In this document: positions 10,996 to 21,891 of the stretch, one piece after another
How the letters are laid out: each line of letters opens with the position of its first letter
How positions within the stretch are numbered: position 1 is the first letter of the stretch
Source of the DNA: Priapulus caudatus
Taxonomy: Eukaryota
Length of the DNA: 29,562 bases
Direction of reading: 5' to 3'
Assembly: GCF_000485595.1 (NCBI RefSeq)
Contig: NW_014577089.1
Span: 243,770-273,331, forward strand
Notes under the pieces: generated by a model
Databases searched by the model: none
Told to the model about the DNA's origin: nothing
The model's input: only the letters and a program-made list of their open reading frames with translations
Made by a program: the position numbers and the translations under genes

Positions 10996-11434
10996 CGAGA
11001 AAACCGGGCACAAATGTAAGCCAATTTTCACGCCAATATGGTGACGTTGCATTGTATCGAATTCTATGTTACTTGTAGTTCACCAGTAATAGCTGATCAG
11101 ATCAATACAGTAAGGTTTAGGGTATATCTGCACCCATTATTATAAGGATGACATATAAACGACATAAATATTATATATATATCATATAATCTGATGATAA
11201 TTACATACATTATATATCAGAAGAAATCCCATTCGCGTAACAAATCCATCACTAACGATAATTCCAAAGGAAGAATGTATACATCGACTATTACACACAG
11301 ATCAACTACTACACATACGCAGTACGCCTCCTATAACTTGTCTTCTATAACGTACCTTACGTGGTAAATTACTAACACTCTTACTTGGTAATGCTATTAG
11401 CCATGTCAACTGTGTCTATCTTGACAGCTGTCCA

Positions 11435-11520
11435 TTAGTTGTACTCTGAACCTATCACGATGCTCATTTGATCACCAATTACAAGGGTCTTATGGAACCA
11501 TCTGTTTGTATCCAGAACAA
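11435..11520 (-). CDS. Terminal coding exon 4 of the JmjC/cupin-like gene: (I)VLDTNRWFHKTLVIGDQMSIVIGSEYN*
   Basis: Acceptor TTGTTTTATAG|TT; phase matches exon 3 (A+TT=Ile). WFH gives the distal metal His. TAA at 11435-11437. Total CDS 1014 nt. Confidence 0.92.
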
Positions 11521-11629
11521 CTATAAAACAAATACAATATGTATTACACAGACGGATGTGGTACACAGTCCCAGGAACATATATGTATACTATGACAATG
11601 TATGTCTATGTATATCAATGTGTCTATGT

Positions 11630-11883
11630 CTGTGTGTGCTTACGTGCGTGCATGCGTTGCGTGCGTGCGTGCATGCATTGCGTGCGTGCGTGCATGCATT
11701 GCGTGCGTGCGTGCGTGCAAGCATTGCGTGCGCGTGTGCATGTGTTGCGTGCATACATGCGTTTTGCGTGCGTGCATGCGTTGCGTGCGTGCATGCGTTG
11801 CGTGCGTGCATGCGTTGCGTGCAAGCGTTGCGTGTGTCAGTGCAAGCATTGCATGCGTGCGTTGCGTTGTGTGTGCATGCGTG
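11630..11883. repeat. Compound (TGCG/TGCA)n microsatellite in intron 3
   Basis: Directly visible; similar tracts at 12620-12690 and 21480-21850. Confidence 0.95.
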
Positions 11884-11967
11884 GATAAATCACCCATACA
11901 CCTGCTTGTAGAAAGTTGCCTAGTTGCTGGCACAGACGCTATATAGATATCAGAATTGTACACTTAC

Positions 11968-12097
11968 TAATCTCTCCAGGATGTACGGTCACTTCCATTT
12001 CTCGACACTCTGTGTAACACTCAGGTGGAGGTTGCAGGGTCCAGGTCTTACTTCCACTGATTTGTGCCTGCCAAGATGGGTTTCCAACAGCATCCAC
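11968..12097 (-). CDS. Coding exon 3 of the JmjC/cupin-like gene: VDAVGNPSWQAQISGSKTWTLQPPPECYTECREMEVTVHPGEI
   Basis: Acceptor GTATTAG|GTG and donor A|GTAAGT. 130 nt, phase 0 in and phase 1 out. Supplies the Asp of HxD and the WQAQIxGxKxWxL / PGEI cupin strands. Confidence 0.93.
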
Positions 12098-12364
12098 CTA
12101 ATACAACGGAAACTGGCTTTCAGTCTAAATTAAGGCAGATGAGCTCTGATGATTTCTTGATACACACTTGCAACATAAAACACTGGCAATTTTGGTTTAT
12201 TTCATTGGCAGTAATTAGGTGTATCCACGGGACTATATCGAAGATGGGGAGAGACAAAGTTGATCAAATAGACAGATCAATACTGCAGATGTCCTTAATA
12301 AATTCTAGTAGGTTATTATGGAATGATCGAAGACATAACAGCTATTCTCCTGTATACATTATAT

Positions 12365-12408
12365 CAGGAGTGTATAATATAGATCTCTATAATTATTATA
12401 CACTCCTG
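12365..12408. mobile_element. 44-bp CAGGAG...CTCCTG micro-element, 7-bp TSD ATTATAT
   Basis: Arms CAGGAGTGTATAATA / TATTATACACTCCTG; TSD at 12358-12364 and 12409-12415. Confidence 0.8.
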
Positions 12409-13118
12409 ATTATATTACCTCAATCCCATTCATCATTAGATAGATTATTAGATTATTAGATTATTATTATTCACTCCTCATGATGTGATATCAGATGATG
12501 TTGTTATTAGAATTTCTGGTATACATTACAGATCATTATAGAACTATTATATAGACATTATTTCGTTGTAGGTTATTGCATTTTATTTGATATTTTTTTA
12601 TTTCACTTCATTCTATGTACGTGTGTGTGTTGCGTGTGTGCGCGCGTGTGTGCGTGTGTGCATACGTGCGTGTGTGCGCGTGTACGTGTTTTACACAGAA
12701 TTTTCACAAGATTTACACGTGTTGACTAGTGAGTTACTGTGAGTATACTTCATATACCTAAGTGCAAGCTAATGCCCCTCGAGGTTATCATACGTGAAAA
12801 GCTATTGTCCGCGCGTGTGCCGACAAATTGTTTGGGCACGCGGCTAAATATAGCAACTAATCACAGCTTTGCTTATACGTGCAGCATACAGCATCATCTA
12901 AACTTGATGGCAGGTGCCATCATTCATCAAGGTATAGAGTTCTGGCCCAAACTGAGAGTGCTCAAGAACACCTAACATGGTAATTCCAGCTCCATTTTCC
13001 ATTACGCACAAACGGTCATTAATTAATATAACGTTGAGCCTAAATCAGAGCAGTGAGACATGTCCACACTTGTTACCCTAGACAATGTGATATGGACTCG
13101 ATTATGCAGCATTTTGAC

Positions 13119-13161
13119 CATAGAAATATATATAGTTAGATGTATCTATATTATTACTATG
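13119..13161. mobile_element. 43-bp CATAG...CTATG micro-element, 8-bp TSD ATTTTGAC
   Basis: TSD at 13111-13118 and 13162-13169. Confidence 0.75.
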
Positions 13162-13460
13162 ATTTTGACATTATACGCTGTACATGCTGAACCGCACAAC
13201 CACACTTGCCATACTGGCGTCATACTGGAGTTACTTCCGCATATACTAGCTACGCATAGCCATAGCAGCAAAGTGGGCAAACCAGTTAAGCAGCGGTACG
13301 TTCGCAGAAAACAGATTTATATTGTCTAGCGCGCGTACGTGAGTCTTATACGCGAGTCTCAAACACCTTTTACATACGCTGTATTTATGTCGGATATGCT
13401 ATCAGGTACTTACATGTAGGCCTACACCTGCTTCAATAAGGTTTGACATACTTATAATAC

Positions 13461-13479
13461 CAAGAGCTAATAGCTCTTT
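13461..13479. mobile_element. 19-bp CAAGAGCTA-A-TAGCTCTTT micro-element, 7-bp TSD ATAATAC
   Basis: TSD at 13454-13460 and 13480-13486. Confidence 0.7.
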
Positions 13480-13688
13480 ATAATACCAGGAGTGAATAAT
13501 AATAGATTATTATTATATATCTTATTTATTATAATATTATAACTTTCCAATTATTCCAAATAATATAAAATAAATAAATATATTATTTGGATGATAGTAT
13601 GATACATCTTTAGGATATAATCGTAAAGTCAGGTTTGTTAACTGTAACTATGCATTCACAAAGCATAATTAGCACATGTAACATATAT

Positions 13689-13728
13689 CAAGAGTAGATA
13701 ATAACACATGTGTTATTATCTATTCTTG
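13689..13728. mobile_element. 40-bp CAAGAG-type palindrome, 7-bp TSD CATATAT
   Basis: 20+20 arms with one mismatch; TSD at 13682-13688 and 13729-13735. Confidence 0.8.
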
Positions 13729-14221
13729 CATATATGTAAACTTTATATGGAACATACGGCCTGCACCTCAACATTGCCTCAAGAAATTCAAAGCCACGCC
13801 TGGTATACTTAATTCATGAAGCCTTGGAGTGGCCTTTAGGGAATAGTTTGACTTTTCACAGCTATAGAGATTGTCTTGCCTCTTATCTAGTGAGAACTGC
13901 AACGCGGATACTCATTTATATGCAATCATGGAAATAATAGATCGCAATTGATTTGTGGGGATTGAAACTGTTATCTCCCTTGCCCAGCTGCGACTCAGCG
14001 GCTGGCCGCTCAACACCTCCCCTTTGTAAATACTATACTCTTTTCAGCGGCCCCATCGATTCCATCATATGATCATGCCATCATTCTATCAGATGATCAT
14101 GCTGCTACCGAACGAAAATCGCACTAGCCCTTTCTCGGCATTCGCCCTTTCTCGGGGCATTCAAAGATATGCTTGGCTATCCATAAACGGGGACATTCGG
14201 TGCCGTTTCTGGCATACTTAC

Positions 14222-14357
14222 ATGCATGTGAGCACCGTATCCTGGAACACCCATGAAGATCCAGTCGGTCTTGCTTGACTCGGAGTCGACTGGGAGAAAG
14301 TACGGCCGCTGGTAGTGCTGGCGCAGTACGTTAGCGGCGGATGAGTCACAGTTGCTC
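14222..14357 (-). CDS. Coding exon 2 of the JmjC/cupin-like gene: (W)SNCDSSAANVLRQHYQRPYFLPVDSESSKTDWIFMGVPGYGAHMH
   Basis: Acceptor CTCTCCCTCTAG|G and donor CAT|GTAAGT. 136 nt; phase matches exon 1 (TG+G=Trp). PYFLP...WIFMG..G.GAxxH is typical JmjC-like sequence. Confidence 0.93.
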
Positions 14358-14647
14358 CTAGAGGGAGAGGTACTTCTATTTAGTCTTAACGCTATTTCTT
14401 ATCAAAGGACTCTAAAGAAGTCGCTATTAACTAAACTACAAAAAACAAATATAGATGGATAACCTGCGTAATTTTACCTCCCCACCTCCCGTATCTCCTC
14501 TTCCACCTCCAGTTTCTCTTCCCATGCAATCATCTCATTTCTACCGTTTTCTACTCTTTCCCATTTCCAAATTTTGTTCGCCTATACTCACTGAACCTTG
14601 TGCACTTTCTTCACGTTCTTTATCTCCCCCACTGTCTTACCCTAATC

Positions 14648-14790
14648 TACCTTCTACCCACTCCACCTTCTACCCACTCCACCTTCGCCCCATCCTCCAC
14701 CTTCTACCCACTCCACCTTCGCCCCATCCTCCACCTTCTACCCACTCCACCTTCTACCCACTCCACCTTCGCCCCATCCTCCACCTTCTG
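14648..14790. repeat. C-rich minisatellite (CCACCTTCTACCCACT / CCACCTTCGCCCCATCCT units)
   Basis: Directly visible tandem units within a pyrimidine-rich tract, 14470-15040. Confidence 0.9.
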
Positions 14791-16366
14791 TTATTCCTCT
14801 ACCCCACTTTCTCCCCTTCGTCTACATTGTCGCCTTCTCTGCCCCTTCTATTTTCCCCACTCTACCTTCTTTGGCATGTCTATCACGTCTACCTTCTCCC
14901 ACTCTCATGCGTTCCCTGACCCCATTTATTGCACCCTCGCCCTTTCCTCTAACTCATTGATGTTACCCATTTTTCTTCTTTCTACTACACCTCGTAAATT
15001 CTCTTCCCCTCATATACCTTCTCACACCCTCGATCCTCTCTACCTGAGAGTTTGACTGTATTCATTTTTGCCATCTATAGGTTAGCACAGGATCGAGTGA
15101 GTTAAAACAAATGTTGTTTTCTGTTTTAAATAAATAAATAGAAATTATTACACACGCAAAATTCCATTACACAATTATAAATTAATGAAATAAAAACTTT
15201 TTTATTTGCTTTTGATAAGATGCACGTCAGCTAGATTTTATCTGTGTCTGTGATTCGCACATCTCTCCAATTACTGCCAAGAATGTACAAACTATACAAA
15301 ACATAAAACATTGTAAAGCAAAATTGAGTAACCAAAAACATACTTGAATTGAAATTTTTTTCATTCAGTAATTTTATTATTACTTCAGTAATTGTAATAT
15401 CATTTCTTCTCTTGTACTTCAAATTGCTAACCTGATATACAAGTTATTTCGTTTTTTCTTTTTAGTTTCTCTAGTTGTTCTTTAGTTGGTCACAAAAAGA
15501 ACAGGGCGACTCCGGATATCCCCTTAGTACTATATAATGGAATATTTTCTGTAGTGTGATTGACCTAATAATAGTCAACTGACTGCCTATTATAGATAAT
15601 AAAAGACCTAATGACGCAATTTTCCCAGTTTATTTTATTATCCAGCAAGATTGCCACTTTACGATTTAGGCTTATCTCATTATACCTTCCAATGATGGCT
15701 TATCTGTGAGGAACAGGCTGCAAAGTGATTCAATTGGCAGTGATGGAGGCTAATCCACGGAGCCTGCTCGTGCGCGATAACGTAAATCTTATATTTCTTA
15801 CACGGCGACCCAGTCGTACGATCACGGGAGACAATTTCGCAATATCAATACTCACTTGCGAGTGTAAGAACCACAACCCTTGAGAACAGTGCGTATGATA
15901 GGAGCAGAAGTAATACTATAGACACTGACAGATCTATGCTATTATGCTACGCCTGATATAAAGCTAAGTGTGTGGTATGTGGGGACAAATGGAGCAAGCA
16001 TATGCACATATATAATGGCGACATATAATATATATATATATGGTATTGACAATTCGTATTGATATAATTAAATGGCTTACTTTACTGCAATTTGCTCTAT
16101 TTCAATTCAGTTAGTGCAAGCACACTAATACCATCCAAAGTCAGTAAACCTCCACATCGGGAGGTTAACTCAGCTGTCACACTCCCACTAATACTAAAGC
16201 ACTGCAAAGTAACAATATCATTCACTTGATCGAGGCAACCCACATTACATACTGCTGAACAATACTGGCATATATGCTTAAAATGTACTGAGCACCAATA
16301 TGCTGTAGAACAGGTGAAAAGGATAGAAGAGGGAAGATGCCAGGGGCAGAGAAAGTGAATGATGTG

Positions 16367-17279
16367 AAGAAGAAGAAGAAGAAGAAGAAGAANNNNNNNN
16401 NNNNNNNNNNNNNNNNNNNNNNNNNNNNNNNNNNNNNNNNNNNNNNNNNNNNNNNNNNNNNNNNNNNNNNNNNNNNNNNNNNNNNNNNNNNNNNNNNNNN
16501 NNNNNNNNNNNNNNNNNNNNNNNNNNNNNNNNNNNNNNNNNNNNNNNNNNNNNNNNNNNNNNNNNNNNNNNNNNNNNNNNNNNNNNNNNNNNNNNNNNNN
16601 NNNNNNNNNNNNNNNNNNNNNNNNNNNNNNNNNNNNNNNNNNNNNNNNNNNNNNNNNNNNNNNNNNNNNNNNNNNNNNNNNNNNNNNNNNNNNNNNNNNN
16701 NNNNNNNNNNNNNNNNNNNNNNNNNNNNNNNNNNNNNNNNNNNNNNNNNNNNNNNNNNNNNNNNNNNNNNNNNNNNNNNNNNNNNNNNNNNNNNNNNNNN
16801 NNNNNNNNNNNNNNNNNNNNNNNNNNNNNNNNNNNNNNNNNNNNNNNNNNNNNNNNNNNNNNNNNNNNNNNNNNNNNNNNNNNNNNNNNNNNNNNNNNNN
16901 NNNNNNNNNNNNNNNNNNNNNNNNNNNNNNNNNNNNNNNNNNNNNNNNNNNNNNNNNNNNNNNNNNNNNNNNNNNNNNNNNNNNNNNNNNNNNNNNNNNN
17001 NNNNNNNNNNNNNNNNNNNNNNNNNNNNNNNNNNNNNNNNNNNNNNNNNNNNNNNNNNNNNNNNNNNNNNNNNNNNNNNNNNNNNNNNNNNNNNNNNNNN
17101 NNNNNNNNNNNNNNNNNNNNNNNNNNNNNNNNNNNNNNNNNNNNNNNNNAGAAGAAGAAGAAGAAGAAGAAGAAGAAGAAGAAGAAGAAGAAGAAGAAGA
17201 AGAAGAAGAAGAAGAAGAAGAAGAAGAAGAAGAAGAAGAAGAAGAAGAAGAAGAAGAAGAAGAAGAAGGAGAAGAAGAA
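16367..17279. repeat. (GAA)n microsatellite spanning assembly gap 16393-17149
   Basis: GAA runs on both sides of the N-run. Confidence 0.95.
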
Positions 17280-17555
17280 TGAATATACGAATAAATATAT
17301 GAGAATACGAGAAGGTCAAGGAACTAGAGCTGAAAGTAAACACAAGAACATGAGTTAGAGTATAGAAAGAAGATGAGGAGCAGGATAAAGTAGACGAATG
17401 GGGAACTAGATGAGGGAAGTAAAAGAGGTTATTAAAGGTGGAGAAAAACCTAGAATGCAGCATAATCAACCAATTATATTGCTGACAACGCACGTCAGGT
17501 ATTTCTGTGCACTGTGCTTTGAAGCATGACTTGAGACTACAGATTCTGTAACTCA

Positions 17556-17821
17556 GGCCATCCTTAAAAAATTGATTCTATGTTTGCTGTCCCCCGACCC
17601 ATGATTTTTTTAGTGGGTAGGTAGGTAGATTTTTTGTGTGAGGCATAATAGTTATTTTAAGACTGTCCTCATGTTTGCCACACATGCTTTGTGTTTCAAC
17701 TATGAGGAATGTAAAAAAAAAAAAAAATTGAACCCAAAATGTCAAAAAAAAACTTTTGGGTTGCGGCTATTTTCGTGGGTTGGTCGAAAGACAGCAAACA
17801 TATAATTTTTTAAGGATGGCC
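17556..17821. mobile_element. PIF/Harbinger (Tourist)-like MITE
   Basis: TIRs GGCCATCCTTAAAAAATT...TATGTTTGCTGTC and complement; 3-bp TSD TCA at 17553-17555 and 17822-17824. Confidence 0.85.
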
Positions 17822-18207
17822 TCAAGTGCTCACTCAATCCAATAACAATATTTCAAGAGGGACATATGAATAAGAGGTTCTATAGCTGTTTTGGCTCTAT
17901 GGTTGTAACCCCTTCGCTCCCGTTACAGGGTAGCAGTCCCTGTACATGTCCTTGTAGCAGGAGTGAAGGGAGCTACACCGGTAGAGCTATGGCTGTTTAT
18001 GCTAGGCCAACACAAGTATCACACACCTGTGACCGAAATTGCATTGTACACTAAGCACTCCGCTTTTGCTGAATTTATACTACTATAAATTGGCTTTTTG
18101 GATCAGCAAATTCTCAAAATAGACGTAACTTCATATTGTGCTGAAACCATTATCCTGTAATTGTGTTTAAGTGAGAAAAAAATTCTCTTTCTGAAACGAG
18201 TGAGAAT

Positions 18208-18691
18208 TATGCACCGTGAGACCAGTCAATTGAAACCCCGGCCCCCTCGACCCCTGGGAAAAGGCGGGGAATTTAATACTTCCTTCGTGTTGAAAACATC
18301 AATTTCCCCACCTATAAGGGGCAGGTAGTCTGTTAAAAGCCCAGGGCTATAACCAGGAATCATTTCTCAGATTCCAAACTAAACTAAACTCTGGTTCGTA
18401 AAGTCCAGGTATTTATTTATGCGAATTTCTGACATGTGACACCTTTTTCCAATAAACGTATCAATTGGTAAAGTACTGCATACTTTGCAACGCCGAGTCC
18501 TCCACATCCGGTGCGAGCTGTTCATTGTTAAATCACGGCTAAATGGCCACGCTGGTAAAACGTCTTGTTAATTTGCTGGCCACCACGGGCTACTATATCG
18601 TTAAATGGGCGTTAAATCTCGGCTGTGGCAGCGTTAATTCCCTGCCGTCGCAGGGGTCGGGGGGCCGGGGTTTCAATTGACTGGTGCATTA
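18208..18691. mobile_element. Non-autonomous TIR element (MITE)
   Basis: ACCAGTCAATTGAAACCCCGGCCCCC.CGACCCCTG at 18221 pairs with CAGGGGTCGGGGGGCCGGGGTTTCAATTGACTGGTGCAT ending at about 18689. Confidence 0.85.
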
Positions 18692-18988
18692 AGGCCATGA
18701 CTTCATAATGGGAGAGTGAGATGATATCTAAATGTGTATCTCATGCTGACTGAATGTGATTGTGAAATTCTGAAGAAAGTATGTACATTTTCTCATACAT
18801 CCATGTATTTGCACTTAACATGTAAAATCACCAACATCACATGTCGACATACCATATAGGGTCCATGTTCATCAACAGGATTCAAAAGAAAAGTACAAAG
18901 AAGAAGAAGAAGGATGAGGATGAGGAGGAGGGGGAGGCAGAGGAGGAGGAGGGGGGAGGGAGAGGAGAAATTCAAGTAGGACTGCGTA

Positions 18989-19526
18989 TAGCTCTAGGAC
19001 TATAGCCCGCGTACAGTTGCCGCAGGCCACTGTAACGGTAACTGACGCTGAGAGGATCTATGTCCCCCAGGGTACTGCCGGAACGTACCCTGGGTACGGT
19101 CCGGTATACCGGAACGTACCCTGGTACTATCTAATATGCCGAACCGTACCTCGCCTACTCCACTAACGAGTCTAGGAAGTCGCCTACGCCTACTCCCTAA
19201 CCCTAACCATATCAGATAGTTACCAGGGTACGTTCCGGTATACCAGACCGTACCCAAGGTACGTTCCGGCAGTACCCTGGGGGACATCGACCCTATGAGC
19301 GTAGCTCTAAGAAACGGTCTTGCTAGGGTTAGAAGACCCTGTATAGACAATCGGTCGCACAGCCTGGTCGGGCTATTATGAGCGTAGCTCTAGTACTATA
19401 GCCCGCGTTCATTAACTGCCGCATAATGAACGCTAGCTCCAGGAAACGGTATTGCTAGGGTTAGTATTGACGTTAGTCACACAGCCTGGTCGGGTTAAAT
19501 GAACGCGGGCTATAGTCCTAGAGCTA
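18989..19526. mobile_element. 538-bp composite MITE of the same TAGCTCTAG family, 9-bp TSD, in intron 1 of the JmjC-like gene
   Basis: TIRs TAGCTCTAGGACTATAGCCCGCGT / ACGCGGGCTATAGTCCTAGAGCTA; TSD GACTGCGTA at 18980-18988 and 19527-19535. Confidence 0.92.
19054..19292. mobile_element. Fold-back element nested in the 18989-19526 MITE
   Basis: About 73-bp inverted arms ATGTCCCCCAGGGTACTGCCGGAACGTACC... (19060-19132 vs 19214-19287); core contains CCCTAACCCTAACC. Confidence 0.8.
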
Positions 19527-19573
19527 GACTGCGTATTGCGTATGAAAAGTTAAATGTGGAAGAAAAGTTATAC

Positions 19574-20235
19574 CATCCAATGTACCACGGTTTCGATCCA
19601 TCCGTCATCTGTGACCTCTCCTTGCTCATCTGAAAAACTTGACGCAGATTCTTAAATTCAGTCTTGTATGGAAAAAACTGGCAGTTTTTCTCAAAGTTTT
19701 CTAACACGGGACTATCTTCCGCGTAAACGTTTTTGAAAAAGTCAAATGTAAACAAGCCCATCGCCGTCCAGTTTTGAGTTCCATCGGCAACCAGGAGTGG
19801 GCGGCCACTGTAGGCATACATCTCCTCGAATACAGAGGGGCTGAGGTTGCTGACTCTGTCGACACTTGTGACGTTTCTACACATGCCACAGTCAACCGGG
19901 GGCCGGAAGACATCTACCATCTTGTCCGGCATTACGAAAATACATCGCTCCCTTTCTAAATTATAATTGTGGTATACCGTCAGCCAGAACTTTGCCAGTC
20001 CACGCCGTGAGTAGAACTCTAGGTGAATGATCCCAAGAAGAATAGCCAATATCGTTACGAAAACACCACAAATGACGATCTTTTTGGGCACTTTAGGTGC
20101 TGCTTTGTGATTACACGCGCGACGTAAGCGCTTTACTGAGTCTAAAGCGCTCAGATCTTTGTCGCCGAGTCCAAGCAATAGTGCTTTCTCGTATATTTTG
20201 CTGAAACTGTCGCAAAGATCTTTAGTTTCTGACAT
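19574..20235 (-). CDS. Coding exon 1 of a 337-aa membrane-anchored JmjC/cupin-like (2OG-Fe(II) oxygenase fold) protein
   Basis: ATG at 20235 with an in-frame TAG upstream; 220 codons plus 2 nt open. Hydrophobic segment IVICGVFVTILAILLGIIHL, then RPPVDCGMC, YAYSGRPLLV..GTQNWTA, CQFFPYKTEF and PWYIGW, as in cupin-like/JmjC invertebrate proteins. Phase-2 donor TG|GTATAA at 19573 joins exon 2 in frame. Confidence 0.92.
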
Positions 20236-20327
20236 CTTTCCGCTTAACGCTTTTCTAAGCAACAGCAACAGCTACGAATGTACACATGGCGTTGTGAGTG
20301 GGGCTTTATTGTTGTCACTGCTGAGAC

Positions 20328-20422
20328 CTGAAAGGTAGTGCGGGTATCAAGTTAATGAGCCCTTACAGGAGATTCGGAACGCAGCATCATTAGAAACTTT
20401 CTTTCTGTGAGTTTGTACTCAC
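20328..20422 (-). other. Probable 95-nt 5'UTR intron of the JmjC-like gene
   Basis: Donor CC|GTGAGT at 20422, branch-like CATTAAC about 25 nt before acceptor CTACCTTTCAG|G at 20328. No transcript evidence. Confidence 0.45.
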
Positions 20423-20559
20423 GGCGAGTCTGCGTGTTGCAAAGTAGCAGTTGAGCTAAGAATAGGGTGTTAGAGCAAGCGTTTGATAATTATTTCTCTT
20501 TATCAGGCTATAAAATGACAACAAAATGGAAACGCTTAAAATGTTTATATATATTATAT

Positions 20560-20607
20560 CAGGAGTCTATCAATATATATATATATATATATATTGATAG
20601 ACTCCTG
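20560..20607. mobile_element. 48-bp CAGGAG-type palindrome with (AT)n centre, 7-bp TSD ATTATAT
   Basis: CAGGAGTCTATCAAT / ATTGATAGACTCCTG; TSD at 20553-20559 and 20608-20614. Confidence 0.8.
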
Positions 20608-21019
20608 ATTATATCATATATACGTACGGTTACCTATTTTAACCGTTTCAATTCTGTTGTCATTTTAACGAATTTTAACAATTCTCGAACGCTTGCTTAT
20701 AAAAATCTAACACCCTATTCTATTTTTCTACATTTATATATATTGTTCTCAGGGTTAGGTTATTCAGACCGACAGATAAAGTTGCTAACCTTATGAACCC
20801 TACAAGTGAATATAGGCGCAAAAACTAGGCATATTACCTTCTTTATACGCTCTTGATATTAAACGGTTTGCTAGTACCCGCGTTACGTAAGTATACGTCC
20901 CAGAAAAAACGATTACCGTTCGCTTGATTGCCATTATATGTAAACGAAGATATTCCTACGGAAAATCTTTCAGCTAAAATATTTCTAAAATGAAAATTAT
21001 TAATGTAAGTGACACACGT

Positions 21020-21350
21020 ATTGATTATTGACTCATGTTCCACAGTATCGTGATAATAGTAGGAGGGAAATGATGTCAAAATAAGGAGTATTGGGAGGGA
21101 GGGAGAGGGACACTATTACTAACTGGCAGGGGTGGCACCAGAAATTGTTGGTGAATACAGGGACTATAATTATATATGGCCCCCGACGGAGATGGGGCAA
21201 AATTAAAATAGTACTAGTAGAAAAACTAGAAGTAGAGAAACTAGTAAAGTAGAAATACTACTTAAAATGAGTGCGATTAAACTTTTTTCTAATTTGAAGG
21301 TTTGTAATGGTAATTTTACCATTTTAGCAGGATATAATTGCTGTATATCT
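21020..21350 (-). mobile_element. Possible decayed 3' end of a LINE
   Basis: Minus frame ...PAKMVKLPLQTFKLEKSLI resembles LINE ORF2 C-termini, followed by a pyrimidine-rich UTR-like tract ending AATAATCAAT. Weak. Confidence 0.25.
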
Positions 21351-21604
21351 TCTGATATATTGTATTGTATTATGTGTATAACAAAAAATAATATGTTGTA
21401 TAATGTGTATAAATAAATCAGCTCTCCATATTTCTTCCTATTAATTGTTTTCATAAACTACTGTGTTTGCGTACATGTCTTTGTGTACATGCTAACTTGT
21501 AGTTTGCTTGCGTGGGTATGTGTAGTGTGTATGTGTTTTCTATGCGTGTACCTGCCTGCTGCACCAATGCGCGTACCTGTACGCGGCGTGTAGATGCACC
21601 GAAT

Positions 21605-21641
21605 CAAGAGCATATAAAGAAGCCTTCTTTATATGCTCTTG
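21605..21641. mobile_element. 37-bp CAAGAG-type palindrome, 7-bp TSD ACCGAAT
   Basis: Perfect 18-bp arms CAAGAGCATATAAAGAAG; TSD at 21598-21604 and 21642-21648. Confidence 0.88.
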
Positions 21642-21875
21642 ACCGAATGTACATACACCAGTATTTACTGGCGCGTGTCTACGTGGACGTGTGCGTACAA
21701 ACGTGTACGGCCACGCAGGCGCGTATGTGTTTGCATGCATGTATGTGTACGTGCGCGCTCGCGTTTACTTACACCCCCCCCCCCATGTACTTGCACGCAC
21801 ACGTGTACGTACGCGCATGCGTGTACGTCCGCGCACGTGCATGCGTGTGTTAGGCTGTTAGGCTGTTAGGCTGTG

Positions 21876-21891
21876 CATAGATATATCTATG
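21876..21891. mobile_element. 16-bp palindrome CATAGATATATCTATG, 7-bp TSD GGCTGTG
   Basis: TSD at 21869-21875 and 21892-21898. Confidence 0.75.

Noticed and set aside
11468..11963. Cys/His-rich ORFs in multiple frames
   Set aside because: Translations of the intronic TGCG/TGCA microsatellite.
12802..12846. Hairpin ending TTGTTTGGGCACGCGGCTA, a possible TAG...CTA micro-element
   Set aside because: The left arm is too degenerate and there is no convincing TSD.
14455..15055. Pro/Ser-rich ORFs of 154 and 151 aa
   Set aside because: Stop-poor C-rich minisatellite inside intron 1 of the opposite-strand gene.
16222..17493. Long ORFs (423 and 321 aa)
   Set aside because: Artefacts of the (GAA)n repeat and N-gap.
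19195..19208. Telomere-like CCCTAA repeats
   Set aside because: Only about two units inside a repeat element; not an interstitial telomere.
19510..20268. ORF-track 252-aa protein as a single-exon gene
   Set aside because: It starts at a non-ATG codon and reads past the 19573 donor into a MITE; the spliced model completes the domain.
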